Below, one piece after another: positions 19,601-28,826 of a stretch of DNA of 64,000 bases (the first letter of the stretch is position 1; each line of letters begins with the position of its first letter). The notes below the pieces were generated by a model. It made no database searches. It was not told the DNA's origin and was given only the letters and a program-made list of their open reading frames with translations. Location of the stretch: the IMG/VR virus record IMGVR_UViG_3300046530_000052, positions 1 through 64,000 of that record, one strand, 5' to 3'. A program made the translations under genes and the position numbers. The DNA comes from an uncultured virus (IMG/VR IMGVR_UViG_3300046530_000052) (Duplodnaviria > Heunggongvirae > Uroviricota > Caudoviricetes).

Positions 19601-21724
19601 ATCCTCGTCCATCCGATCACGACCATACTCAGTCTTGGTCATTCCCCATTCTTTCATCAGGTCATGATAGCCGCTGTTCCGTGCGACATCGATGTTACCT
19701 GCCAAGTCAGGAGCGAAGTTACCCAAACGGATCGCTTCATCAATGATCTTAGCCGCCAGTTCCCGACCAGACTCAGTTGGGAGGTAGGTAAGCTTGGCTT
19801 TACGCTGAACGTGGTCACCTTCCTTGAACTCATCGAAGATCTCATCCGTGATCCCGAAGTTACGTTGCATCAATCCACGGATCTCAGCAGCGTCGTTAGG
19901 GTTAAGGTGAGGAAGCTCCATGTAGTTGTACGGACTGAACCCTTTCTTACGGTCTGCCTGCTTAGCCATTTCCATAGCCAAAGCGTTAGCAGCCGATTCA
20001 GTCAGCTCCTTATTGGGATCCAACTGCTTAGAAGTACGCAACGCCATGTCAGCATAGTTACGGAAGTCGTTCTGCTGAAAGGTACGGTTAAACGCATCCG
20101 ATACCTTTTGACGATGGTCGATCAACTTACCCCGAACATAGTCGTAAGACCGTGCTTTAAGGGTGTCATCACCAGTACGGATCTTTTCCAGACTCAGTTC
20201 AATCGCGCCCAGCAAAGCAGGGATTGCTTCGTTAAGGGTACGGGAGTCCTGACGACGCCAGACCTCAGCCTCAAAGTTATCCTTCAAGGTACGACGTTGC
20301 AGGTTGTACTGAGTAGCGGTGCTGGAGTACATGTCGTCCAACACAGCAGATGTACCCTTGTTGACCGCATTGCGGGCAAAGGTCTTCATCTTCCACTCGT
20401 ACTTACCCATTGGTTTACCTTCGCCAGTGTGCTGGTCCAGGTAATCCTCGTACGTCATGTCGTCGTCTTGATAGAAATCATTCTTGTTGAAATCCACCAA
20501 GGTGTTAGCCATACCTTCAAGGTTAGCCAACCCGTAGTTCGTCACGTTACCCAAGTCTTCCAGACGAATGTAAGCATCTTCTGCTTTCTTCGCTGCTTCA
20601 GGGAAACGTTTCTTAAGCTTGTCCAGCGCAGCTTTCGCTTTACCGGTACGGAGCAGTCTAGGAAGGCTGCTAATGAACATACCAGCGGCAGCGTTACCCA
20701 TCATGCTACCGAAGTTGAAGTCCATCCCCTCGGTCATCTCAAGGGCCATGCGGAGGCTGCTGGCAATCTCACCAACACTACCTACTGCATCACTGCGAGC
20801 TGATTTACCAAAACGCTCACTGAAGTAATCCGCAACGCCACCGAACTGTCCTTTAACAGTAGTGAACACCGAGTCACGAATGCTCTTCTTAGCCGCTTGA
20901 CTGTGAGTGGTCTTCTCGTAATCAGACTTAGCCGAGTTAGTCGCAATAGCTTTCAACTCACGGATGATGCGGTGGTTGGAAGCTTCTTGGAACTTGTAGT
21001 ACTTGCTATCGGTCAAGAACGAACGAGCAGCCAGAGTCAAACGCATGGCATCGTTACGAGCCTGTACCTTGCGCTGGTAATCCAGGATCCCTTCCAAGAG
21101 CATGTTGCTCCGGACGAGTTGCTGGTTCATGACGGTCAGGCCACCGATGGTACGACCACCAATCTCTGCCATCATACCAATCTGTGCATTACCAACATCT
21201 ACTGCTGTTTCACGCTCAGCGATAGAGTTAGCGCCCGCTTGGTCGACGACGTCATTAACTTCGCCTTCCTCAACGGTTTGCATGGAGTCAGGGGTGTCGC
21301 TACGGTTACCTCCAGTGTTCTCCCAGCTGCTGTAATCGTTCTTACTGAACTCGATTAAACCGCCGGCGATTTTATTAGGAAAGGATTTCTGAAGCCTTTC
21401 ACCCGCACGTCTGGCCAGATACTGAAGGTCGTCCATCGACCCGTGGATCTCGCCCTGTAACTCTCGGGTCAGTTCACGACGCTTACGGTTCAGTTGGTCC
21501 AGTGTATTGAAGGCACGGGTCCAAGTTTTTGGAAGCACCATCTTCAGGGTATCGATACGAGCATCCGTATCCCCAACGGTCTTTTCTACGACGCCAGACA
21601 GAAAGCCAGTAGCAAAAGATCGGATGAAACCATGCTTCTCTGCTTTATCAAAATCTGAATCGAAGTCAATATCCCCATCAAAGGGATCATTGCCCCAATC
21701 ATAGTTGCCAACGTCATCAGCCAT
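13676..21724 (-). CDS. Tape-measure-like tail protein with C-terminal GH19 muramidase and M15-type Zn peptidase domains (phiKZ gp181-like, 2682 aa)
   Basis: Very long helical protein with Gly-rich hydrophobic segments; GH19 motifs YETGG and YKYRGRGMVQLTGRANY; H-x6-D (HPKGLAAD) plus HxH (GHIH); divergent from the vRNAP genes. Confidence 0.85.
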   Translation of the reverse strand: MADDVGNYDWGNDPFDGDIDFDSDFDKAEKHGFIRSFATGFLSGVVEKTVGDTDARIDTLKMVLPKTWTRAFNTLDQLNRKRRELTRELQGEIHGSMDDLQYLARRAGERLQKSFPNKIAGGLIEFSKNDYSSWENTGGNRSDTPDSMQTVEEGEVNDVVDQAGANSIAERETAVDVGNAQIGMMAEIGGRTIGGLTVMNQQLVRSNMLLEGILDYQRKVQARNDAMRLTLAARSFLTDSKYYKFQEASNHRIIRELKAIATNSAKSDYEKTTHSQAAKKSIRDSVFTTVKGQFGGVADYFSERFGKSARSDAVGSVGEIASSLRMALEMTEGMDFNFGSMMGNAAAGMFISSLPRLLRTGKAKAALDKLKKRFPEAAKKAEDAYIRLEDLGNVTNYGLANLEGMANTLVDFNKNDFYQDDDMTYEDYLDQHTGEGKPMGKYEWKMKTFARNAVNKGTSAVLDDMYSSTATQYNLQRRTLKDNFEAEVWRRQDSRTLNEAIPALLGAIELSLEKIRTGDDTLKARSYDYVRGKLIDHRQKVSDAFNRTFQQNDFRNYADMALRTSKQLDPNKELTESAANALAMEMAKQADRKKGFSPYNYMELPHLNPNDAAEIRGLMQRNFGITDEIFDEFKEGDHVQRKAKLTYLPTESGRELAAKIIDEAIRLGNFAPDLAGNIDVARNSGYHDLMKEWGMTKTEYGRDRMDEDKVWELFQQFVNDPNKRITRPDPQAEPYRRTRSFGNPFPTPDADVAPIGPKPTPDVTGPDAPDEFQETMKAMKASMDQVAENTKSTLLDGRSTNIGSYVDKLGERIDRTNAQLETLVTLATDRNGTLLKILEAKTVAAEDKLDETESAEVKAEKLSILDRLKQTSFKDIFNKGMDTLLKHEPLVLGGLLGGLAGMAIYNPKAAAIAGGGIAVAMAYGKFRSMALARKAMDDQDLYEEGSDIPILEAWKLRRGDYYDQLTGKAIDTWDAITGAVMDLSNNTVIGAKRLANKLFTEDNKEVFLAGLSKVRDLMVKAFKWFDPVGRIKGMMGKVAERFYQMDVYVEGESEPALYGNRFSKGHYYVKDSDGNFVSISGWNEITGAVYDKNGSVLITEEEYDAGLKTSMGLNINKLGKGAQVAKKWGLDLFNKAKEHAMPWAKKAMDKGKGALKADYTPIVSAVDRIYNLLLSHWGYEGYVPPTDPDAPIPAPVMGPPAPGPFPTPESDITVPVNPEAMDGTPKESEEDLVARRKLLKLRRQTPAPDFVGPMPFKTPTPEGGPEAEPPKPIITPADAPDDAPPRTWIFKRDYDDMKKRFPLMADEVEKYRKRYEDRQKEMNGEEADKPADTNDPDRLNSLADKKNKEYMKKEEEVQDAIIEIAKNFGFGEQRGQEQKERPKGLFAMIGSMIGGIATGIGQLTSFFTSGILWRGLSTLFSFASFGLRTFPKLLTGIGAIGSGIVALIKAGGIGGGPGGVLGGLGGGLGKVGLGLGISSAANAAMEAGYIDKDSGMGQTLDYAGNAVTAIGVGQMGLTALKWMGIGGGGTVGSMAMAGLRALPAVIGGLLSAPVAVGAAIVGGTMYKSWQLVKAMQPRQFLIRMTQYGLSDPNGDLAEKLLQIEEMLTEYVVIGNGKASLSQSAPIDKVVQMLTGTIPDKKGVSDALSWFNGRFKPVFMTYMACLDVVKIKSLKDYDKLRNGDVYRVAKQTHEAISLLVPFPYTITAKVDPENPILERETTIIRVNNYLAELKENSDTADRLAGVEPLAAVETVKGASVEALQQEKVRLETKLRDPNAEFEGWFGRSKAESRLNEVQGEIGKLNEAYKAGTAIAEIFVKDMLPDGRPIDMLTAIRLAAYGNDENIPWRVEAVLKLERYCEQYFKVNGDAAEFTGQIGDLFPQFKDAFRTEPGYAPTWCLWFKDRFLPVLTNYMIQVAKYRKGRPGVVWKSLSVTARYEIAKALVDSKVEVGAGLITSIWYVRAAPFKDGSSPDRSDKVDKMLQILSEASVTARLKDPEMEAGKTNAQTWANAISPHKTGGGFTEKYANTQDASQFKTGADAMRGGQFSTNGSPAGNISGLNGAFKTPENQFGFQPMSGDSSTDHLDMSGVTAQQGKDSGVSVPKKLAEQLVIREMMKQGFTDPRAIAEMLALTNYETGGYKRTVENMKYSTPEQLMKVFKEVRSIDQAKQLIAMGEVEIANTVYGGGKGASLGNKDPGDGYKYRGRGMVQLTGRANYEKYGKELGIDLVNKPELLSTDPNVMAQVAVAFFKNSKLLRGISEDGDFGKAAAGLNGGNALPDMQKRYALYMDYLKQIQEKTLGADDKFLAENSGSQTPTEMYGNTGPSEMKTPASYGGGATGAPAYTGGPAGGGGGAYSGTPQGGSDFANYGTEGNYTNTGAGSGLILKSEETTGGGAHHPGLEALCKIIQSRVPGFNRFTALNDRYHVEKGSKGLHPKGLAADFTLTMGAQGSQRAVAIVTEIMRGAGLSPSEYSVINEYMVKTAIGTGGHIHAGFKTPGAAEKFLQASGGTQPNGQDTTGAGGGMVQPTQQPGGSAPTGEPAAEVPAAQPQVPQQPRTMPTPPPPPVGEPKAPEGVGEPDDEFQGKPNLTGLPLPKDPRGPQPQATPEGYDANQRRNAAAGHDGSVVNDLLSGLKDIVGQNKKSDDEVKQLLAILVKTAQEGNTIAKSSSGGGDKDGYVSMN

Positions 21725-21753
21725 GTTGGTTATTCTCTTTAAAGGATAAAGTA

Positions 21754-23379
21754 ATGAAGCCCACTAACTTAACACTCTTAGACCCCCGGACGATTGTCCC
21801 GGGTGTCTTTAAACCTATTACGTCCACTGACGCGTTCGAAGGGATGACCCAGAACCTCAACGACGACGGTTTGTATTCCATTGAAATCTTTGGGAAAGTA
21901 GGGAGTAAGGAGCGGGATAAGACTGAAGCTTACATTGACGTAAAGCTCCCTATCTTCAACCCTACTTACCTCAAAGCCCTCATTTTGGTGAAAGCACTTT
22001 ACCAAGGAATTTTGAGAGGTGCGGAATACGCCGTCTTCGACGAGGAGAAGGGTGATTTCATAAAATCGAACATCCTCGAAGGGGAGTCCGGTTTTTCTTT
22101 CTTTGTCCGTAAATTAAAGGAGATTGTTTTCAGCACGACTGCTTCGTATAAGCGTGGTCAGCGTGTAAAACTCTTGATTGATTTCCGTGACATTGCGATG
22201 ACTGACAAGGTGTTGGTTATCCCTGCTGGTCTGCGTGATATTCAGTTCGGGGCTAACGGTGCTCCTACTGAACCGGAGATCACAGAGCTCTATCGCGCAC
22301 TGATCTTCCGTACTCGGGTAATCCTCGGTGGTAAGGGTGATTCCGAGAACCCTCTCTACGACAGCGTCCGGTGGGGTGTGCAGACTGCGTTCAACGATAT
22401 CGACCAATACCTCTTCGACCTGTTACAAGGCAAGGGCGGTATTCTCCAGCGTCGTATGTCGACACGTGGTGTGGTAGGCGGTACTCGTAACGTTATTACT
22501 GCTCGTAAAGTCAGCCGTAAGAACCTGAAGGCTCCAATGCTGGTTTCACCTAACTCGGTGGACATGGGCCTCTTCCAAGGCTTGCTGAACTATCAGTACG
22601 TCTGTGCTCACGGTGTCATGAACGAATACCTAACGAACGTCTTCACTATTGGTAACCAAAGCGCCAAGTTGGTGAACAAGAAGACATTGGAGTTTGAATA
22701 CGTTGAAGTAGCCCCGGCTATCGTGGACAAGTGGACCACCTTTACTGGGATCAACAAACTCTTCAACGGTTTCGCTGACGCTTCGATTCGTAACAAAGAG
22801 ATTGTTATTGACCATCGGTTCCTCATGCTGGTTTACGATGACGGTACTGATGTGTGTGTTCTGCATGACATCAACGATCTCCCTGAAGGTAAGGACAAGA
22901 AGTTCGTTAAACCTATTACCTACATGGAGTTCTTCTACCTCAGCTGCTACAAAGCGATTGGGGATCAGGTGAGTCAGCAGACACGTTACCCGATTATTGG
23001 TATTGGTTCGATCTTCCCTGCTGCGGTGAACCTTATCACAACCGAAGGTGCTGGCTCCCGGACTATCCGTGATCCGTACGACTGGTCTGAGCGTGATGTG
23101 TGTCACTCGTACCCGTCTCGTCGTGATAAGCAGGACTTCTTCGACGCAATGTCGGTTGACCCGTCTCGTGAAGCCGGCCTCGACTCTGACCACGACGGCG
23201 ACCAATTGAACAGTAACTCGGTCTGTGCAGAAGACAGTAAGGAACAAGTTAAGGAGTTGTTCGGTAAGCGTTCATACTACATCAGCGGGACTGGACGTTT
23301 CCTGTACGACCCTATTAACGAACCCATTCAATTCATGTTTAAATCTGCTACCAGTGGGTTAGAAGGACTTGAGCAATGA
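21754..23379 (+). CDS. Virion RNA polymerase beta' subunit, catalytic part (phiKZ gp180-like, 541 aa)
   Basis: GLYSIEIFG, LVIPAGLRD, GKGG..QRR, RNVIT, RYP and the metal-binding DSDHDGD (DxDGD). Confidence 0.9.
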   Translation: MKPTNLTLLDPRTIVPGVFKPITSTDAFEGMTQNLNDDGLYSIEIFGKVGSKERDKTEAYIDVKLPIFNPTYLKALILVKALYQGILRGAEYAVFDEEKGDFIKSNILEGESGFSFFVRKLKEIVFSTTASYKRGQRVKLLIDFRDIAMTDKVLVIPAGLRDIQFGANGAPTEPEITELYRALIFRTRVILGGKGDSENPLYDSVRWGVQTAFNDIDQYLFDLLQGKGGILQRRMSTRGVVGGTRNVITARKVSRKNLKAPMLVSPNSVDMGLFQGLLNYQYVCAHGVMNEYLTNVFTIGNQSAKLVNKKTLEFEYVEVAPAIVDKWTTFTGINKLFNGFADASIRNKEIVIDHRFLMLVYDDGTDVCVLHDINDLPEGKDKKFVKPITYMEFFYLSCYKAIGDQVSQQTRYPIIGIGSIFPAAVNLITTEGAGSRTIRDPYDWSERDVCHSYPSRRDKQDFFDAMSVDPSREAGLDSDHDGDQLNSNSVCAEDSKEQVKELFGKRSYYISGTGRFLYDPINEPIQFMFKSATSGLEGLEQ

Positions 23380-26300
23380 CGCCTATTCTTTATAACGACT
23401 TCTTCCGGACTATGGTCCTACGGAAGAAGCAGGATCTGGTTAATCCAGTTTTCCATGGCATCAGTGAAGTCAACTTACCGAAAAACAGCTTGCTGCAATT
23501 CGTTCCTAAGAACCCAGCTGATTACGGCCCAAGTAACAGTGAAGCGTTCATCAGCAACTATCCGGCGGAGATCTACATTGACTTCGTGCAGGACCTGCTG
23601 CATCCAGTAATGGGTAATGGTCGGGTCGCTACCTTCGATCTGAAGAAAGCGATCAGTAACTATCGTGCCGGTCATTACAACTACAACTGGACTCGTGACA
23701 TCACCACGGTGTACGAGAAGGAACGTGTACTGGTTGTCCGTAACTACGGCCTGATTCCTCATCGATTCATTTATCGTGCAAGTCTGTACGTGAACTATGA
23801 GAAGTACTACAACCAGATGGCGATGGTTATTGAGGGGATCAACAAGGAAGCCGAACGTGGGAACCGTCACCAGTTCCTGCGCATTGAGCTTCCACTGAAC
23901 CTGCCTAGCTTTACGGAGTTGTTCGACGACTACCGTTTGCTGATTAAGAGTTTTAAAGACGGGTTGCCAGTATTGAGCCCGCAAGTGATCGGCGCTACTA
24001 AAGCCGAGAACACTTATTGGTTACTAGACCTGTTGGGTTGGTTGTTGGGTCAGTCTGAGTTTACCCTGTTTGGGAAAATCAGCGAGAAGGCCTTGGGGGA
24101 TCTGCACTTCATCTTCACTTACCAAAGCAAGGCGCTGGTGTTGAAAGCCAGTCTTGTGAAGGAGTGGCTGGATGAGGTTGGTTTGAAACCCGGTCAAGAG
24201 TTTAAAACTCCCCTGCTGGAGCTGGAAGGACTGAAGAGTACCAAGCGGATGAACGTTGTGAAACGTTTCTACTTGGTCTTCCTTACCTTAACGAGAGACC
24301 TGGTTCCTGAGAAAGAAATTGCTAAAGAGGAACAAGGAAATGTCGGAATTGGAGGAGCCGGTGAAACCGGTAACCCGTCGGATTCCAAAGTGGATCCAGG
24401 AACGGCGGGAGAAACGTCGACAGGGCAACGGCAAGGCAACGGAAAAGACGGGAAGCTTCCTGGCTCGGGCCAGCCCCCTGACGCTGGTAATGATTCTGGT
24501 AATATCCTTGACATTTTCGCTAATGATGCGAAGAACGATCGAGGACTTCCTGAAGCCGAAGGAAGTGCGGGAACGGGAAGTATTGATGAAGGTGCTGCGG
24601 AATGGTCAGCCGAAGTAGCTGACGAGCTGCTGGAGGTTGAAGCTGCCGGCGGTGAGATCAATACCAGCAAGGTGGCTTTCCCTACTCCTGAGAGCGGCGT
24701 GAAGCTGTTGCTGGCTGAACGGGCTCGTGACGGTAAAGTGACTGTTAACGAGCAAGAGTTCTTCATGCGCAAAGGAACGCGCTACCAGCACATCGAGATG
24801 CCTAACGGTCAAACCTTCTGGGAGTACATTCAAGTCTCTCAAGAAGAACTCGATGGCTTGGCGAAGGAATCGAAGATCGAGGCTAACATCGCCACGGTTA
24901 CCGACGAGAGCATGATGTACAGTCGGGCGACTGAACTCAAGAACGGTTACGCCGCTAAGTTCTTGCAGAAAGATATCGGCTCCATGGCACTGGCTTTCCA
25001 GAACGCCGGCTTTGCAATGAACGACTACCGAGTTGAAAACCACAGCAGTGTGGAAGGTAGTTACAACGTTCACAGCATTCAGTTCCACCACGTTAACGGT
25101 GATCAGACAACTATCCATCCACGCTTCCCTGTGGTGAATGACGATGGCAGTTTCATCATTGACAGCGTTAAGCAGCACTTCCAGTTGCAGCGTAAGGAAC
25201 GAGTCTTCCGCAAGATCTCCTCGTGGGAAGTAGCGCTGACTACCTACTACGACCGTAAGCTGATGATTACCAGAAGTCGAAAAGTTGTCGACGATCTGGA
25301 GAAGTTCATGGTTAAACAGATTGCCCTGCAAAGCAAGGTTAAGAAGTACACCTTCAGTAAGGGCGGTAAGTTTGACCGTAGTTACAAAGCCCCTCGTATC
25401 TACTCCATGTTGGCTAAGCAGTACAAGTCCATCACGGTTGGCGATACGGTTCTGGATTTCAACGTAGCTGCACTGCTGGAGAAACATCCAGACTTCAAGA
25501 AGTACACCAAGGAGGATCGCTTCCTGATTGGTGTGAGTGGTGATGAACCACTGACCATCGATGACTACGGCAACCTCTACAAAGGGGATACCAGCACTGG
25601 TACCGTAGAAAGCCTGTTGGGTGTAGACCTGACCAAGGCTCCGTTGGAACATGCACTTATCAACATCAGTGGGTATCAATTCCCGTTGGGCGTTGTACTG
25701 TGCTACTACTTCGGCATTGATGAACTGTTGAAGGTTATTAAGGCCACGACTCGTAGCGTTCCTATCACTACCCGTCTGAAACTGGAAAGCGATGAGTTCG
25801 CGATCAAGTTCAACGACCAGTATCTGGTAATGAGTCGTCGTGAGAAACTGACCACCATGATTTTTGGTGGCATGCCTAAACTAACCAACATTAGTAACTT
25901 CAGTAAGTCGGACTTGAACAACAACACCATCTGGACTGCATTGATGGGTGATGCTCGGGTACGTCCTGCTCAGTTCCAAGAGATGAACAACCTTTATAAG
26001 CTGTTCCTTGACCCGATCGCTCGGGAAGAGTTGCGGAAGTACAAGTTGCCTGACTCGTTCCACTATCTGCTGATCGAGGCTGCTAAGGTCCTAGGGACCG
26101 ACTACAGTCGTCATGAGGTGGAGATTGAGGAACAACGCTTCGTGGGCTATGAGCGCTTCGCAGGGCTGTTCTATCGGGAGTTGTGTAAGGCTAACCGTCA
26201 GTTCCAGAACAAGGGCACTGGCCGTCGTCACAAACTGGACTTCAACCCGGATGCCGTTATCATCGCTATTGGTGAAGACAACTCCGGTCAACAGGTGGAA

Positions 26301-27710
26301 GAGGTTAACCCTGTTCACCAAGTGAAGGATCAGGAGGAGGTTACCTTTGGTGGTACTGGTGGTCGTAACGAGATTACTGTGGTTAAGCGAGCTCGTACCC
26401 AACTGGTCAGCTATCAGGGTCGTATCTCTGAGGCGAACAAGGACAGTGGCAAAGTTGGCTTCGTAACGTACACCAGTTCTGATCCAGCGGTTATCGACTA
26501 CCGTGGGAACATGGACCTGAACAAGCCACGGACTCCTTGTGGCGATGGTTCGGTTACCATGAACCTGATGTACGGCGGTCGTCACGATGATGCAAAACGT
26601 GCGGTGTTTACTTCGACGCAGTGGAGTCAGGCGATCAGTGCTAGCAACTATGGCATTGTGTCTCTCCGTACCGGTTATGAAAACGTTCTCCCTCACCGGA
26701 CTTCTGAGCTGTACAGTAAGGTTGCGAAAGCTAACGGTACTGTTACTGAAGTCAAAGACGACGAGTTGGTAATTACCTACGACGATAAGTCTGTGGACCG
26801 TTACCCGCTGGGCTTGTACGTCGGCGAAGCAAGTGGTGAATACCATCGACACACTCGTGTTACCGATATGAAAGTCGGTGATAGCTTCAAGAAGGGTGAC
26901 GTTGTTGGTTGGAACGACAACTGGTTCATGCGCGATCACTTCTGCCCGGGTCAAGTGGGTCTGAAAGGTGGGTTCATGGTTCGCGTAGGTCTGTTCGAGG
27001 ACCAAGACACCTATGAAGACTCCATCGCAATCAGCAGTCGGATTGCGAATGAAACACTGATCCCGTATATCAAACCTACCCCCTTCACGATGAACATTGG
27101 GTTTAACCTGGTCATGAGGGCTAAAGTAGGGGACGAGATCGAGCAAGACTCGATTTTATGCGATATTGAAGAACCGCATTTGGTGGAGGGAAATCATGAT
27201 GCTTCGTTTGTTGCTGAAGTGAACAAGCTGGGCATCAAGCAAGTCAGAGCGACACACCACGGGAAGATTGTGGATATCCGGGTACAGTACAACGGTGCTC
27301 TGGAAACCATGTCGGAATCGGTACGTCAGTTCGTTGCTAAAGCGAACAAGTTGACTAAGCGTCAGAACCAGATCGTCGGGAAGAATGTTGAAACTAACGC
27401 TGTGTCTGGTGTCTTTAACGTTAACCGTCCGAGCATCCAGCCCGATACCCTCTTGGTGATTTTCTTCGTAGAGTCCCTTGATGGTCGTACCCGTGCTGAC
27501 AAGTTCGTATTCGGTAACCAGCTCAAAGCCACGGCAGGTCGAATCATGACCAAGAAGATGTTCACCGAGGACAAGCAGGAGATCGATGCGAAAACGAGCT
27601 TTAAGGCACCTTTCAACCGGATGGTGATTTCCTTCCGCAACCGACTCATTGTGAACGAATGGTCTTTCCAATTCACGAAGCGAGCGATCGCCGTTTATCG
27701 AGGTAATTAA
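23376..27710 (+). CDS. Virion RNA polymerase beta subunit (phiKZ gp178-like, 1444 aa)
   Basis: rpoB-like motifs FGGTGGR, SEANKDSGKVG, HDDAKRA, TGYE, TYEDSIAIS, DKFVFGNQLK; ATGA-coupled to beta'. Confidence 0.9.
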   Translation: MTPILYNDFFRTMVLRKKQDLVNPVFHGISEVNLPKNSLLQFVPKNPADYGPSNSEAFISNYPAEIYIDFVQDLLHPVMGNGRVATFDLKKAISNYRAGHYNYNWTRDITTVYEKERVLVVRNYGLIPHRFIYRASLYVNYEKYYNQMAMVIEGINKEAERGNRHQFLRIELPLNLPSFTELFDDYRLLIKSFKDGLPVLSPQVIGATKAENTYWLLDLLGWLLGQSEFTLFGKISEKALGDLHFIFTYQSKALVLKASLVKEWLDEVGLKPGQEFKTPLLELEGLKSTKRMNVVKRFYLVFLTLTRDLVPEKEIAKEEQGNVGIGGAGETGNPSDSKVDPGTAGETSTGQRQGNGKDGKLPGSGQPPDAGNDSGNILDIFANDAKNDRGLPEAEGSAGTGSIDEGAAEWSAEVADELLEVEAAGGEINTSKVAFPTPESGVKLLLAERARDGKVTVNEQEFFMRKGTRYQHIEMPNGQTFWEYIQVSQEELDGLAKESKIEANIATVTDESMMYSRATELKNGYAAKFLQKDIGSMALAFQNAGFAMNDYRVENHSSVEGSYNVHSIQFHHVNGDQTTIHPRFPVVNDDGSFIIDSVKQHFQLQRKERVFRKISSWEVALTTYYDRKLMITRSRKVVDDLEKFMVKQIALQSKVKKYTFSKGGKFDRSYKAPRIYSMLAKQYKSITVGDTVLDFNVAALLEKHPDFKKYTKEDRFLIGVSGDEPLTIDDYGNLYKGDTSTGTVESLLGVDLTKAPLEHALINISGYQFPLGVVLCYYFGIDELLKVIKATTRSVPITTRLKLESDEFAIKFNDQYLVMSRREKLTTMIFGGMPKLTNISNFSKSDLNNNTIWTALMGDARVRPAQFQEMNNLYKLFLDPIAREELRKYKLPDSFHYLLIEAAKVLGTDYSRHEVEIEEQRFVGYERFAGLFYRELCKANRQFQNKGTGRRHKLDFNPDAVIIAIGEDNSGQQVEEVNPVHQVKDQEEVTFGGTGGRNEITVVKRARTQLVSYQGRISEANKDSGKVGFVTYTSSDPAVIDYRGNMDLNKPRTPCGDGSVTMNLMYGGRHDDAKRAVFTSTQWSQAISASNYGIVSLRTGYENVLPHRTSELYSKVAKANGTVTEVKDDELVITYDDKSVDRYPLGLYVGEASGEYHRHTRVTDMKVGDSFKKGDVVGWNDNWFMRDHFCPGQVGLKGGFMVRVGLFEDQDTYEDSIAISSRIANETLIPYIKPTPFTMNIGFNLVMRAKVGDEIEQDSILCDIEEPHLVEGNHDASFVAEVNKLGIKQVRATHHGKIVDIRVQYNGALETMSESVRQFVAKANKLTKRQNQIVGKNVETNAVSGVFNVNRPSIQPDTLLVIFFVESLDGRTRADKFVFGNQLKATAGRIMTKKMFTEDKQEIDAKTSFKAPFNRMVISFRNRLIVNEWSFQFTKRAIAVYRGN

Positions 27711-27713
27711 GTT

Positions 27714-28628
27714 ATGGACTTCCGTACTCAGAACGGTTTCAAGGACACTCAGGTGATCCTCAAGGAACTGAACCTGTACGGCGGTGATATCGACGGCATC
27801 TGGGGGTCTAAGTCGGCCTCCGGTGTTGTTGAACTCATGCGCACGTATGCCTCATTCATTGGTCGTGGTATTTTCACTGCGGCCAGCATGCCAACCAAAG
27901 CCTCGGCTGATGGCGAGAACATTGTTGAACAGCTCCAGCTGTACATGAAAGACCTGGGTGTTTACCTGACCAGTGTTGACGGTACTTGGGGTAAGGGATC
28001 GTTGGGTGGCCTTGAGCTGCTTGCTTCACATTACCGCCGGACCAACAAACTCCCAACCTACGACATGGCTTGGAGCAAGAAGGTCTCGAAGGAATTCCGT
28101 GCAAAGATTTACGCATGGTGTTCTAAGCAGGGTTACGACCCGATCGTTGCCAGTTGGTTGATGGCTTGCATGCACTTCGAATCGGGCGGTACTTTCAGTC
28201 CGAGCAAACAGAACAACGGTGGGTCGAACTTCTTCGGCCTTATCCAGTTCGGTGAAGATGCGGCTAAAGATCTGGGTACTACCTTGCCTAAGTTGATTGC
28301 CATGTCTCAACTGGAACAGCTCGACTACGTGTTCAAGTATTTCGAGATGTGGGCGAAGCGTGGCAAGAAGTCTACTCAGTTGGAAGACTTCTACTTGACG
28401 ATCTTCTACCCGGCTGCTGTTGGTAAGAAAGCTGATACGGCACTGTTCCGTGAACGTACCGCTGAAAACCAAAAGCTCGTCGGTGACTTCGAAGCCAAAG
28501 CATTCATCCAGAACAAGGGCTTCGATCGGGACAAGGATCGCATCATCACCATTGGTGAGATCTGCACCACTATCTACAACACTTATTACACAGGCATGGA
28601 TCCAGTCAACCGCCTGCAACTTTCTTAA
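27714..28628 (+). CDS. Modular endolysin: two peptidoglycan-binding repeats plus a lytic transglycosylase-like domain
   Basis: Repeats DIDGIWGSKS and SVDGTWGKGS (PG_binding_1-like); catalytic motif MACMHFESG and GLIQF. Confidence 0.85.
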   Translation: MDFRTQNGFKDTQVILKELNLYGGDIDGIWGSKSASGVVELMRTYASFIGRGIFTAASMPTKASADGENIVEQLQLYMKDLGVYLTSVDGTWGKGSLGGLELLASHYRRTNKLPTYDMAWSKKVSKEFRAKIYAWCSKQGYDPIVASWLMACMHFESGGTFSPSKQNNGGSNFFGLIQFGEDAAKDLGTTLPKLIAMSQLEQLDYVFKYFEMWAKRGKKSTQLEDFYLTIFYPAAVGKKADTALFRERTAENQKLVGDFEAKAFIQNKGFDRDKDRIITIGEICTTIYNTYYTGMDPVNRLQLS

Positions 28629-28640
28629 GGACGTCTCCTC

Positions 28641-28826
28641 ATGACCCCTACCCAGATCAACAACGTGATCACGATCGCCAACTCCGTGGCCTTCATCCGC
28701 AAGACCATCGAAAAGGTCGGGCTGGAATACATCGCGCCGCTGGATCCTGCTGAGCAATCGGAAAAGATCAGCAAAGCCCTCAACCATAAGGTTCAATCCT
28801 CCCTCATCAAACAGGATCCTCAATAA
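28641..28826 (+). CDS. Small hypothetical protein (61 aa)
   Basis: AAGGA RBS, strongly biased codons, stop overlaps the next start (TAATG). Confidence 0.6.
   Translation: MTPTQINNVITIANSVAFIRKTIEKVGLEYIAPLDPAEQSEKISKALNHKVQSSLIKQDPQ

Noticed and set aside
28641..28826. Small ORF after the endolysin as a holin or spanin
   Set aside because: No convincing transmembrane helix or lipobox
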